Positions 32,088-43,813 are shown, numbered from the whole stretch's first letter. The stretch: 61,933 nucleotides of DNA, filler included, from 6 parts of 6 records of this genome joined end to end with filler, not necessarily neighbours in it; one strand, 5' to 3'. Program-made: numbers and translations. Notes: generated from the sequence alone by a model not told the origin.

Positions 32088-35000
32088 CCCCGCGCCGGCA
32101 GCGTCCACCGCGCTGAACACGCACTCCACGCCACCGTTGTGGGCGCTCAGGTGGGCGCCCTCGATGCGCAGGAGGGTGCCCCCCAGCACGGTCCCCAGCG
32201 CGGGCTGCACGGCGCTGAGCGTGGCGTTGTGGAAGGTGAAGGGAAGGTAGTCCACGCTGAGGTCGTGCCCGTTGGCCGTCACCACGAGCCGCACCTCCCC
32301 GGCGGGGTGCGGAGGAGCAACGCAGCTCAGCGTGCGGTTGCTGTAGAGGATCGCCGGGGTGTCGTACCCGAGCGCCCCGTCCCCAAAGTGGCACCGGAGC
32401 GTTTCCAGCGCGGCCGAGCGTTCCGGAAAGTCCATGCCCTCCACCATCACCACCGTGCCGCCGCCGATGCTCCCGGACGCGGGGAACGCGCGGGAGAGGG
32501 CGACCAGGCGCTGGTACTCGAAGCGAACGCTGCAGTCGCAGTCCACGGCCCACGCGCCGCACTCGCCGCTGGGCGCCGAGCTGCTCAGGCACCCCGACCC
32601 GCCGTGGTGGTGGTCGGACGAGTAGTCCTGGTTGTTGACCGTCACGCTCACAGTCACGTTGACGGGGTGCGCGGTGGAGAGCGGGGACAGCGGCGACGGC
32701 GGCGACACGCACTGCACCCACGTGGAGTTGACCCACGTCGCGCGCACGCGGAGGTGCGCGAAGCGGCAGTGCAAGTCGGGCGAGTCCACAAAGTGCTCGC
32801 CCACGACGTTGACGACGGTGCCGCCCGTGAGGGGCCCCGTCACGGGGCGGACGTGGTGCACCACGGGCGCGGCGGCGACGCGGAGCGATGCAAAGGTGTC
32901 CGTCAGCCCGTCGGCGCCCACCGGGCTGGACAGCCGCACGTGGTACAGTCCGGCGGCGGGGAACGGCGGCGTGTCGCACGCCACCTCGCGGTACGACACC
33001 CACTGCGACGCCGTGTGGCGGAACGCGTCGCTGGGGAGCCGCACCCGCTCCGCCCCGTCGCCCTGCTCCGCCGCCCTCTCGAACACGCACACCGCGCCCG
33101 GGAGAAGGTTCTCGCCCACCACCGTCAGCTGCGTGCCCCCCTCTAGCATGGCGATGCGGGGCTCCAGGGCGGTGACGCGGGTTTGCGGAAGAAACACAAA
33201 CGGTTTGGCGGTGAGCGCGCTCGCGTACGCGGGGCCGGCCAAGTTGCTCACCACGACGTCCACCACGCCGTGCGGCATCGGGGGGGCGCGTACGACGATG
33301 GAGGTGGCGGTGGCGGACAGGGGCACGGCCTCCATCCACCCAAAGTACACGCGAAGGCGCGGCGACGGCACAAAGTCCGTGCCGTTGATCGTGACCAGCG
33401 CGTCGCGGTCCACCACGCCCGGCTCCACAGAGGCCACGGAGGGCGTCAGCAGGAACGAGTAGCGCAGCGTGTTGCTGGCGTAGTCCTCGCGCAGCACCGC
33501 CACCCGCAGCGCCGTGTGCGCCGCGAGCGAGGCCGCCAGCGTGCACCGCGCCAGCGAGTTGGACACGTGCGTGTACACGCCCGACAGCGCGTTCCCGCCC
33601 GCCGCGCGGACGTCCGGAGCAACGCCAATGCCACTGCCGTCCGCCTCTTCCTCCTCCAGGAAAGCGCACCCGAGGTCCGGGGTGAGGTTCGCGCCAACGA
33701 GATCCACGGTGAAGTTGGCGGGGCTGTACCACGCCGAGGTCTCGACGGCGTACAGCACGGGCACGTCCACAAACTCGAACAGCCCGCCCACCGCCCCGTA
33801 CTCCTTGTCGTTGAGGCTCACGGCCACGCGCACCACCTGCGATCGCGTGCCGACGCGCGCGTGCGGGGGCGACACGCACCGCACCGCCGTGGCGTTGAGC
33901 ACCGTGGCCGCCACGCGCGCCTGGTGGAACACACAGAACGTGGCGGCGGCCAGGCGCGCGCCGTTGTCGGCCAGGGACACGGTGACCGTGGTGCCGCCGT
34001 CCAGCTGCCCCGCCGTCGGGCTCACGGCCACCACCTCCGGCAACGGCGCGTACGTGAACACGTGGTCGTTGGTGGTGACGACGGGCAGCCCGCCCACGGA
34101 CTGGTCCACGTTGCTGCCCAGCGCCCACCCGTCCAGCTCCAGCCGCACGGCAACCTCGGTCGCCCCCAGCTCCCCCGTGGCATTGTCCACCACGGCCCAA
34201 GCCTCGCGAAGGCGCGGGGTGTCGCAGAACACGACCTGCGGGGAGGCGTCCCACGCCACCACGGCCGCCGTGCGGTCCGAGTCGAACTCGGTGTCCGTGC
34301 CGTTGACGACGCTGAACACACACGTGACGGCCTGCACTTGGGGGGACGTGGCCGCGTGCGGGACGAGCAGCGACGCGTTCGCGGCGAGCGTCAGCTCGAG
34401 CCTCGTCGCTCCCTCGAACCTGCCCACCGTCGGGTGCATCGAGTCCACGAACACGCGGTGGAACGTGTAGGACGACGACGACGAGGACGACGCCCGCGAC
34501 CACTGCGCGCCGTTGTTCGTGCTCACCTGCACGTCCACCGAGCCCTCGGCGTGCGGCGGCGCGCGGCACACCACCGCCGTGGCGTTCACGTGCGTGGCGG
34601 GCTGGGCCCTCGCCTCGGCGCCCCCAAAGCGGCACAGCAGCAACCCCATCGCCGCCGCGCGCTCGCTGAACCCCTCGCCCACCACCACCACGCTCTCCCC
34701 GCCCCCCACCGTGCCCTGCGCGGGGTGCACGGCGGACACGGCGGGCCACGCGGCCAGCTCCAGCAACGCGCTGTCGGTGCTGAGGTCGACGCCGTTGACC
34801 GTGACGAACACGCTGACGTTGAAGCTCCCGCCGCCGGGCACGCCCGCGCTGGCCCACGTCGACGCCACGAACGGCGCAGCCACGGCCAAGGACGAGGACG
34901 ACGAATCAGAAGGAGTTGCCGTGGAGGTGGGCAGTTGGCAGTCCACCCAGGACTCGTTGTGGAAGCGCGCAGGCACCGTCGTGTCAACGGCGAGGGCGCC

Positions 35001-38000
35001 CACGGTGGCCACGAAGCGGCACGCGAGCGTCTCTGCGCTCCGGAACCCGCTCCCCCGCACGTGCAGCGTCACGCCCTCTTCATCCCCGTCCTCCTCGGCC
35101 AGGGAAACGATCGGGGGGCGCACCTCCAGCACCCGCGCGTCTGGAACGTACTCGAACTGCGCGGCGCTGAGCCCGCGCTCCATCCCGTCGTACAGCACCA
35201 CGACGTCGCAGGGCCCCGAGGCGAGCCCGTCCATCCCCACCAGCCCCGCCGCGGGCGCCATGCACGTGGCCGTGGTGCCGTCGGCGGACACCGACGCGGC
35301 GCGCTGCTCCAGGGAGCCGCAGAACACGCACGAGGCGTCCGGGGGGAAGAACTCGCCCGTGATGGTGAGCTCCGTGCCGCCGGCGTGTGGGACCAGCACG
35401 GGCCACACCGAGAGCGACTGCGACAGCGGGAGGAACGACGCCGTGGTGTTCTCCGTGCCCTCCGTCCACTCCACGCCGTTGACCGTCACCTCCACCATCA
35501 CCACCCCGGGCTTGTGCGGAGGGGCAACGCAGATCACGGCGGTGGACGAAACGAACACGGCGGACCCGATGGCCGTGCCAAACCGGCAGAGCAGCTGCGG
35601 GGTGTCGCGGAAGTTGGCCCCGGTCAGCTCCACCATCCACCCGCCCTCGTGCGTGCCGGCGTGCGGGGCCACGCCCACCACCCGCACGTGCGCGTACTCG
35701 AAGGGAACCGGGAGGGACGCCCCCGCCGCGGACACCACCGTGAACGGCACCACCGTGGTGGCGGCGGTGGTGGTGGTGGTGGTAGCGTCCGAGGAGAGCG
35801 CCAAGGCGGGCACGGTGCACTCGCCCGCCTCGTCGCCGGCGTGGCGGAACCCAACGCTCACGTTCCCGAACCGGCAGTGGGTGGCCGCGGTGAGGGAAGC
35901 GCCCACCACGCGCACCACAGCACCGCCCGCGGGCTCGGCCACCAGCGGCCACGCCGCGAACACCGACGGCGACGCCGTGTAGTGGTACGACACGCCCGTC
36001 GCGCTGGCCTCCTGCGCGTTGACGCTGACAGCCACGGGCACGTCGGGCCCGTTCCACGCCGTCTCGTCGTGCGGCGGCGTCTCGCACTCCACCAGCGTGG
36101 GGTGGCGCCACCGCGCCCCGCGGCGCGCGTTGCCGAACAGGCAAAACAGCTCGCCGTCCGGCGCGTCCACAAAGCCCGTGCCCGCCACCTGCACGAGCTG
36201 CCCGCCGCCCAGCGGCCCCGTGTTCGGCTCCACCTGCAGCGCGATGGGCGTGGGCACAAACTCGAACGCCACCGCGTTGGTGGCCACCGTGAGCGAGCGC
36301 AGGCGGACGAACGTTGGCCCGACCTGCGACGGCAGCGCGGCGGGCGGCGCGTGGCACACCACGGTGTCCGAAGACACCAGCGCGGCCACGCTCGTGCCGA
36401 CGCCGTCGCCGTCCTCGTTGTCCGGGTCGCCGAACACGCAGTGGAGGTCGGGGTCGGCGGAGAGCCCGTCGACGGTCAGCCGAAGCTTCGCCCCGCCGAC
36501 CGCCAGCACGGCGGCCGGCCGCACGGACCGGATGGCCACGGCGACGTACTCAAACTCGGCTCCCCCCGTCGTGGTGGTGGACCACTCGTGGCCACCGTTG
36601 AGCGACACGGCCACGGGCACGGCGCCCGCCACGCCGCCCTTTGCGGGCGGGCTCGTGCAAACGATCTCGCCCGTGCTGACCCAAACCACCGAAGGCGACT
36701 CCACGTCGCCGAAGCGGCACCGGACGGAGCCGAGGGAGGCCGCGCGGCTGTGGAACGTGCCGGAGGCCGCGCGCACGTGCACGGCCGTGCCCCCGCCCAC
36801 GGACCCCAGCGCGGGCACCACCGACGCCACGCGCGGGGCCGGGACGTACTCGAACACGACCCCCGCGTCGGCGTACTGCTGGTTGTTGACGGTGACGGAG
36901 ACGGTGACGTTGACGCGGTCCGAGCCTTCCAGGTCGCGCGGGGCGGGCGGGGCGCGGCAGTTCACCCACGTGGAGTTGACGAACTGGGCCGGGACGCGCT
37001 CGTTGGCGAAGCGGCAGAACAGGTCGCTGGACGCCGCAAAGTGCTCGCCGCGCACGGCCACCAGGGCCCCGCCCTCGGCGTGCGCCAGCACCGGCACCAC
37101 CTCCAGCACGATCGCGGGCGGCATCACCACGACCTCGACCTGCGTGTCCGACATGCCGTCCACGCCGCCCACGGACGACACGCGCACCACGCACGCGCCC
37201 TCGTCCAGCTCGGGCGAAACGCACACCAGCTCGTTGTACGAAAGCCACATCGTCTGCGTGGCCTGGAGCCCGCAGAACAGGCACGTCGAGCCGGGAAGGA
37301 TGTCGCCGCGCGGGGACACCACCGTGACGAGCGTGCTCCCTGTGGTGGGCACGATCCGGGGGGTGACCTGCAGCGCGGAGGGGCCGGACACGAAAGCGAA
37401 AAGCAGCGCCTGGCCCGTGTCCGTGTCCACGCCGTCCGTCCACTCGTTGCCGTCCGCGCTCGTCTGCACCACCACCAGCGCGGGCTCGTGCGCGGGCGCG
37501 GTGCACCACAGGGTCGTGGAGGAGACGTAGAAGATCGCAGCCTCCGTCCTTCCGAACCGCACGCGCGTGGACGGGTGGAAGTTGGAGCCGGTCACGACCA
37601 CCTTGGCGCCTGGCTCGGCGGCGGCCTGCGGCGTGGCGCGGATGGCCAGCGGCGCGTCCGCGTACGTGAACTTGATCCCGTTGGCCGAGAACGTCGCGCC
37701 GTCGTTGGAGATCTCCACCGCCACGCGCGTCCCCGACGCCACGCCCTCCAGCGCGGGCACCTGGCACCGCACCATGTTCGAGGACACGAACACGCCGTCG
37801 ACGACGTCCGAGTCCCCGAACCGGCACTTGACCTGCGCCGTGCTCGTGGCGTCGATGTACTGGGCGATGTCCACGAGGTCCTTGCACACGACGGTGATGG
37901 TGGTGAGGGCGGGGCCTCGGCTCGGGGCGATGGCCACCACGGACGGCATGTCCTGGTAGATGAAGCGAACGCCCGTGTCCTCGGGCTCGTCGTCCTCGGT

Positions 38001-38937
38001 CAGCGACATGCGCAGCATCACCGACGACGAGGACACGGCCAGGTCCAGGAAAGGCGGCGACTCGCACGTCGCCGTGGTCTCTGTGAGGAACTGCGCCGGC
38101 ACGCGCGTGAGATGGAACAGGCACGACAGCTCCAGGATAAACTCGTTGAAATTGTTGCCGACCACCAGGAGCTCCGTGCCGCCCTCCGAGGGGCCGGACA
38201 GCGGGGACACCGACTCCACAGTGGCCGGCACCAGGAAGCTGAAGGCAACCGAGTTGGACTCCACCGCGGTGCTGCCCAGCCGCAGGCTCATCGCCACCTC
38301 GATGCTGGTCCCGTTCATGTCCTCGTCGATCGTTGGGGAGAAGCACACGAGCTTGCCGTCCTCTTGCCAGAACGCCGTGCTGCGCCCGTGGTCCCCGAAC
38401 ACGCAGAGCACCTCGTCGTCCTTGGGCAGGTAGTTGCCGTACACGGCGATGCGCGTGCCGCCCAGCGCGCTGCCCAGCGGCGGCACCACGCTCGTAATCT
38501 CGGGGACGTGGCTCGTGAGCACCACCGGCGCCGTGAACTCCTGGAGGTTGTTGCTCACGCTCACGTCAACGCTCGTGTCCGTGTCCACAAGGGCCCGCGA
38601 CTCGCACACAAGCGTGTGATCGTCCAACCACACCGCGTCCACCACCACGAGCCCGAACCGGCAGTGCAAAAGATCCAGCGACGCCGCCCGTTGCGAGAAC
38701 CCAGAACCTTCGATGCGGATCGCGTTGCTCCCGGTCCACGGCTCGTCCGCGGGCCTCAGGGCGGTGACGCTCGCGGGGGGGATGTACTCGAAAAGCTGGG
38801 CGTCGTGCGAGTAGTCCTGGTTGTTGCACGTGACCTCGAGGGTGACGTTGACGGGGGCGGCGCGCCATCCGGGGGCGTTGGACAGGGGCGGCGACTCGCA
38901 CTCCACCCACGTGCCGTTGATGAACCGCGCAGGCACC
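32088..38937 (-). CDS. Eukaryotic internal exon encoding >20 tandem IPT/TIG domains (gene incomplete at both ends)
   Basis: Repeats of P.V..V.P..G...GGT.V.V.G..F......C.FG......C..P....V.VS.N...F.Y; polypyrimidine tract and CAG acceptor at 38940-38938 on minus strand. Confidence 0.85.
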
Positions 38938-39013
38938 CTGGGGGAGAGGGAGAAGAGGGAGGGGGAGGGAGAGAAGAGGGAGGGGGGTGAGCAACGGTGG
39001 GAGGGGCTTTCGT

Positions 39014-39036
39014 TCTCTCTCTCTCTCTCTCTCTCT
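39014..39036. repeat. (TC)n microsatellite at contig end, intronic
   Basis: TCTCTCTC... runs into the assembly gap. Confidence 0.9.
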
Positions 39037-39136
39037 NNNNNNNNNNNNNNNNNNNNNNNNNNNNNNNNNNNNNNNNNNNNTTAATTAATTAANNNNNNNN
39101 NNNNNNNNNNNNNNNNNNNNNNNNNNNNNNNNNNNN
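39037..39136. other. Artificial contig linker
   Basis: 44 N + TTAATTAATTAA + 44 N. Confidence 0.98.
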
Positions 39137-39973
39137 CACGATGGGGCCGTGCCATGCGACGGGTTCTTCGATCGGCGCGCCTGAGATCAGCAGGAACCGA
39201 ATGCCGTCGGGGCCGGCCTGCACCGTGACCTCATCGCCCGTGCCAAAGCGGATCAGGGTGCGGTTGCCCGACAGATCGCGGATGTTCAGCTCTTGCCCTG
39301 CGACTTCTTTCTCCAGCAGCACACCGGACGGGGCGGAAGCATCTGCAAAGGCCCCGGCGCCGTCAAAGACATAGGCAAAGGCGCGGCGGTAGGTGTCGAT
39401 CCTGAATGTTTTTTTCACGCCTGCGGGCACAAAGACATCAAGATATTGCGGGTCGGCGGCGATGCCATCAACCGGGCCGCGTTTGCCCCAGAACTCTCCG
39501 GTAATGACTTTGACACGGGTGCCGTCGTCATCGGTGATCACCGGAATATCGGCAGCGGTCACATCCTGATAGCGCGGTGCGCACATTTTCTGCGCGCCGG
39601 GCAGGTTGCCCCAAAGCTGAAATCCGTGCATCTGGCCGCGGGCGTTTCCGGCGGGCATTTCCTGATGCATGATGCCCGATCCGGCGGTCATCCATTGCAC
39701 GTCACCCGCGCCCAATGTGCCGGTATTGCCGAGCGAATCTCCATGTTCCACCGTGCCTTCCAGCACATAGGTGATGGTTTCGATGCCCCGGTGCGGGTGC
39801 CAGGGAAAGCCTTTTTCAAAGTCTTCGGGCCGTTCGTTGCGAAAATCATCGAACAGCAGGAAGGGATCCAGTTCGGAGGGATCCTGAAAGCCAAACGCGC
39901 GGTGCAGTTTGACGCCTGCGCCTTCAAGGGTGGGGGTGGCGCGGCGGGTTTCCAATGTGGGTCTGAGAGACAT
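39137..39973 (-). CDS. Pirin family protein (3' truncated)
   Basis: EGAGV, DPFLLFD, GFPWHPHRGIETITY, QWMTAGSGIMHQEMP, FQLW.NLP, EPVAWHGPIV. Confidence 0.93.
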
Positions 39974-40071
39974 AGCATTCTCCTTTCTCAGCGTTGAGAG
40001 GGATATAGGGCTGTGCAACTCACGCGCCAATAGGGCCGAAACTCAGGGCGGCTGTGCGGCACTGCACAGAA

Positions 40072-40482
40072 CTAGGCGCGGCCCTTGGCGTATCGGGTCA
40101 GCCGCGTGTCCAGGGTGCCACTGTGCAGTTCGAACATGTGGTTGTCGTCGTCGTAGAAATAGATCGAATGGCCTTCGCCCTTCACACGCGCCCGGCCTTC
40201 GCGCAGGGTCAGACCCAGGTGTTTGATCCGCGCAAGGCGGTCGTCATAGTCATTCGGGCCCATCTTGAAGGCCACGTGGTTGTAGGTCTGATCGGCGAGC
40301 GGATCACCCTCCATCGTGGCCACCCACACCCCGCCAATGTCAAAGAACCGTTCGCGCGAGAGGGAGAAGGTCTCATCGCCGCTGTCATAGATCTTCTGCG
40401 CATCAAAGACGGTTGTGAGGATTTCCTCCATACGGTCGAGATCGCGGGTGACAAAGGTGATATGGCTGAGCCCTTCGATCAT
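40072..40482 (-). CDS. fosX: FosX-family fosfomycin (epoxide) hydrolase, VOC fold
   Basis: MIEGLSHITF, FSLSRERFF, TYNHVAFK, R..GEG.SIYFYDDDNHMFELHSGTL closely match FosX. Confidence 0.88.
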   Translation of the reverse strand: MIEGLSHITFVTRDLDRMEEILTTVFDAQKIYDSGDETFSLSRERFFDIGGVWVATMEGDPLADQTYNHVAFKMGPNDYDDRLARIKHLGLTLREGRARVKGEGHSIYFYDDDNHMFELHSGTLDTRLTRYAKGRA

Positions 40483-41654
40483 TCTGCCGCCGCCCACCAA
40501 TCGGAGGGTTTGCGCCGTTTGCCGCGATTTCGGTCCAGCCAAAGCGCGACTTTGCGCAGGGGTGACAGGGCCAGCTTGAGCCACAGACGGTGGCTGGATT
40601 TGCTAAAATCGCGGTTGAACGGGCAGACCCGCATGCAGATTGCACAATCGGATGACATCTTGGCCCAGAAACCAAAGCATTTCTCCGCATCGGAGGTCCA
40701 TTTGCGCACGCCCTTGATCGCGGAGGGGTTGCTGCCGCCAACCTCGGGCGGGCCAAAGGGCAGGGCTTTGACCGGGCAAGCATCGGCGCATTTGGTGCAT
40801 ATATCGCAGAAGGCGCGCACGCCCTTGGGTTCGGGGCGGTCATGGGTCAGGGGCAGATTGGTAAAGATCTTGGAAAACCGCAGGCGCGGGCCAAATTCCG
40901 GCGTGATCACCATCTGGTTGCGGGCGTATTCGCCAAGCCCCGCCTTGATCGCATAGGGGATCACCAATCCGGTGTCATTCATGCTGGCCGTGGCCTCGTA
41001 GCCCAGATTGCGGATATAGGCGGCCAGTTGCATGACCACGGCGGCCTCATGGCTGTACTCACGGCCCGTGGCGGCACCGGCGAGGGCGGAGGGGTAGGTG
41101 GCAACCAGCTCTTCTTCCATTTGGTGGCCCATGACGATCACTGATGTCATGCCTTCGGGCAGGTCATTGGGGGCTTCCGTCATATCACGGGTGTCGACGC
41201 GGCTGGCATATAGCCACCGTTCGTCCATATCGGTGATCCCGCAAAGGTCTGCACCAAAGAAACGCGCGATGCGTTTGATCTCATGGGACATTTTGGCCGG
41301 ATCGTCGATCTCTTGCTGCATCGGGGCGACCGGGGTGTCATTGGCAATCGAGGATTGAAATCCTTCGCGGCGGCCGGTGTCACCGCCGCGATCCGAGATC
41401 AGATCACTGATCAGCCAGGAGGCATTGCGCAGGGCAAAATCGCGCTGGGTAAAGCCATCACCGCGTCGCGGGGTGGCTTCCATCCGGTAGGAGGCAAAGA
41501 AGGCGTCGGACTTTTTGTTGCGGACTTTGTCGTCCCAAAAGGCGCGGGTGAAAATATCGTTGCGCTGGGTGAAACGTTCGAAGTCGTCGGTGATGTCGAT
41601 GCCTGCGGCGGCATCGTCCGGGCGGGTCTCGGGGCGGTTGGAGGGATAGCTCAT
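40479..41654 (-). CDS. Reductive dehalogenase-family protein (cobalamin, 2x[4Fe-4S]), no Tat signal
   Basis: ARFFGADLCGI, YIRNLGYEA, AGLGEYARNQMVITPEFGPRLR, FCDICTKCADACP, CFGFW...DCAICMRVCP. Confidence 0.85.
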   Translation of the reverse strand: MSYPSNRPETRPDDAAAGIDITDDFERFTQRNDIFTRAFWDDKVRNKKSDAFFASYRMEATPRRGDGFTQRDFALRNASWLISDLISDRGGDTGRREGFQSSIANDTPVAPMQQEIDDPAKMSHEIKRIARFFGADLCGITDMDERWLYASRVDTRDMTEAPNDLPEGMTSVIVMGHQMEEELVATYPSALAGAATGREYSHEAAVVMQLAAYIRNLGYEATASMNDTGLVIPYAIKAGLGEYARNQMVITPEFGPRLRFSKIFTNLPLTHDRPEPKGVRAFCDICTKCADACPVKALPFGPPEVGGSNPSAIKGVRKWTSDAEKCFGFWAKMSSDCAICMRVCPFNRDFSKSSHRLWLKLALSPLRKVALWLDRNRGKRRKPSDWWAAAE

Positions 41655-41660
41655 GGGCGG

Positions 41661-41689
41661 AGTTGAGCCTGCGGCGCCGGATTTGTCAA
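41661..41689 (-). promoter_or_regulatory. Putative sigma70 promoter giving a leaderless rdhA-fosX transcript
   Basis: TTGACA (41689-41684)-N17-TCAACT (41666-41661), 6 nt before ATG 41654; no SD sequence. Confidence 0.45.
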
Positions 41690-42795
41690 AGGCTGGATTG
41701 CGCGGCGGCGGCGGCGGTGTTGTTTGCAGCCTCCGGGCAGGAAAAGGCCGCACCGTGGCAAACTTCCGTTACTGGGCCGGCGGTGATGACTGGGCCTGTG
41801 CCTGCGAAGGCCTCAATGGCGGCGCAGATACGGCGCAGCGCATCTGAGGAGGACGCTCTGCTGCTGTCATAGGCCTGAAAGTTATGCGCCATGTCTGGCC
41901 ACAGATCGAGCAAGACATCAGCGCCTTTACTGGCCTGTTCTCGGGCAAAGTCGCGGATCATGTCCCGCAGGATTTCGCGGCCGCCTGCCTGCAGGTAAAT
42001 CGGTGCCAGGCCTTTGTAATCATATGCAATCGGGGACAGGCAAAGCCGCCCAAAGGTTTCTTTTGGGTCAAGCCATTCGCCAAACTTCAGCGCCATCCAG
42101 CCTTGCACAAGATCATAGTGGTCATTGGTGCGCAGGCTTGCCCCGCGATCGCCGATGTCTGTCCAGGGGCACAGCCCGATACAAAGGGCGGGCTGCGGCT
42201 CCCCCGCATCCTTGAGACGTTGCAGCAAGCTTAGCGCCATGTGGCCGCCTGCGCTGTCGCCGATCACCACGATCTGTTGGGCGGGGGTGGTTTTGCGCAG
42301 GTATTGCCAGGCGGCAAAAGCATCGTCCGATTGTGCAGGGTGCGGGTGTTCCGGCGTGAGGCGGTAATCAGGTGCATACAGCCGTGCGCCGCTGTGATGG
42401 GCCAACATATCGGCATAACGGTGGCTGACCGCGCCATGAAAGGTGTAGCCGCCGCCATGCAGATAAAGCAGGGTCGCCGCGCTTTTGCTGGCCTTCGGGA
42501 GATGCCACATGCCGTTCTGTCCCTTGCCCGGGGTGCGGGTGACCTCATAAATGTCGTCGGTTTCTGTTTGCAGGCTGTCAAACAGCGCCCGGCCTTTGTC
42601 CATATCATCCATGGCCATCGCCTTGGTAAACTGGTGGCGCCAGAACCGGATGCCGATCTCAAAGTGGGCGTCCCATGTCGGCTCCAACCTGCGGCCAAGG
42701 GCGTGGCGGGCATAGGTGGCGAGGGCGATCTTGTTGATTGTGAGAAAGCTGGACAGGCGCATTGAAAAGGGGCCGCTGAATTTGATCTTGGACAT
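41686..42795 (-). CDS. Alpha/beta hydrolase (HSL/Aes esterase family)
   Basis: LYLHGGGY, PDYRLTPEHP, GDSAGG, PW.D, E.L.D, M.H.F. Confidence 0.9.
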   Translation of the reverse strand: MSKIKFSGPFSMRLSSFLTINKIALATYARHALGRRLEPTWDAHFEIGIRFWRHQFTKAMAMDDMDKGRALFDSLQTETDDIYEVTRTPGKGQNGMWHLPKASKSAATLLYLHGGGYTFHGAVSHRYADMLAHHSGARLYAPDYRLTPEHPHPAQSDDAFAAWQYLRKTTPAQQIVVIGDSAGGHMALSLLQRLKDAGEPQPALCIGLCPWTDIGDRGASLRTNDHYDLVQGWMALKFGEWLDPKETFGRLCLSPIAYDYKGLAPIYLQAGGREILRDMIRDFAREQASKGADVLLDLWPDMAHNFQAYDSSRASSSDALRRICAAIEAFAGTGPVITAGPVTEVCHGAAFSCPEAANNTAAAAAQSSL

Positions 42796-42857
42796 GGGAT
42801 GCTCCGGCTTGGATCGTGTGGGTTTGGATTTGCCAGAGCCTGCCTGCGCGCAATAGA

Positions 42858-43715
42858 ATGATCGCGACAGTTGCGGAGAAAAGTGTGATCCCGATCTCAA
42901 AATTGTTTTTGCCTCCTGCGGGTTTGGCCGATGCGGTGTTTGCGGGTATCCTGCGCGACACACGCGGCTGCACCTTGAACGACGCGGACCGGTTGAACCA
43001 TTTCCCGGCATCGCCATTGGTATCGGTGTCCTTTGTGATCGAGGGGGGGCTGCGCATTTTGCCCGAAGGGTGTGATCTGGCAGCGGCCCGGCATTTACCG
43101 CAAATGGACAGGCTGTCCCTGACGCCGCCCCAAGATGGCCCGACCACCAGCTGGAGCGCCGGACCGGTTTATGCGATTTCGGTCGGATTGTTCCCGGACG
43201 CTTGGGACGGGCTGGCGGATGCGGCGCAGGGCGGGCCGATGCCAGGGTTTCTTGAGGCGGCATTAGCGGGCTACGCGCAGGGCTTGCCTGCGGATGCCGC
43301 TTGGGCAAAGTTTTGCGCTGCATTGATGGGGGAGCGGGCGCAGTCGGTTCCTGCGGGCGGCGGCTGGTCGGGCGGTCCGTGGTTGTCGGGCTGGTCGCGT
43401 GCCTTGATGCACCGCGCAGCGCTGGCCGGGCCGGGGCGCAGTTTGCGGGCGATGGAACGGCGGATCAAACGCTGGAGCGGGCAATCGCGCCAAACGCTGG
43501 CGTTTCACGCGGCGATTGACCGGCTGCATCAGATTTCGCTGGCAGAGAAAGACGCGCCGCTGGCGGCGATTGCCGTGGATGCAGGATTTGCCGATCAGTC
43601 GCACATGGGGCGCGCGGTGCGCCGCGCCACAGGTTTTTCACCCGCCAAATTGAACCACATGATTGAGACGCAAGAGGCGTTCTGGTGTTATCGCCTGCTG
43701 GGCGAACGGTTTTAG
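42858..43715 (+). CDS. AraC family transcriptional regulator
   Basis: C-terminal SLRAMERR.KRWSG...LAAIAVDAGFADQSHMGR.VRR.TGFSP; divergent from hydrolase; start uncertain. Confidence 0.85.
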   Translation: MIATVAEKSVIPISKLFLPPAGLADAVFAGILRDTRGCTLNDADRLNHFPASPLVSVSFVIEGGLRILPEGCDLAAARHLPQMDRLSLTPPQDGPTTSWSAGPVYAISVGLFPDAWDGLADAAQGGPMPGFLEAALAGYAQGLPADAAWAKFCAALMGERAQSVPAGGGWSGGPWLSGWSRALMHRAALAGPGRSLRAMERRIKRWSGQSRQTLAFHAAIDRLHQISLAEKDAPLAAIAVDAGFADQSHMGRAVRRATGFSPAKLNHMIETQEAFWCYRLLGERF

Positions 43716-43813
43716 CAGCAAACCCGCCCAATGTCGCCCAATGGCCAAAACGTCGCTATCAGGCGCGACAGGTCGCGGGCGGGCCTCGCTGATGGGACCA
43801 TGATTTCAGGGAG

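Noticed and set aside
33183-38990. 1935-aa plus-strand ORF and other long alternative-frame ORFs in contig 4
   Set aside because: Shadows of the IPT/TIG exon caused by codon bias; no recognisable motifs
22451-39036. Giant eukaryote-like adhesin island in a bacterial genome
   Set aside because: Spliceosomal introns, branch-point/polypyrimidine signals and linkers on both sides show these are separate eukaryotic contigs
40072-40482. fosX as a mobile antibiotic-resistance gene
   Set aside because: No integron, IS or transposase nearby; embedded in chromosomal-looking context
39137-43715. Single AraC-regulated pathway hydrolase-rdhA-fosX-pirin
   Set aside because: A separate promoter-like motif precedes rdhA and a 98-bp gap precedes pirin; co-orientation alone is insufficient
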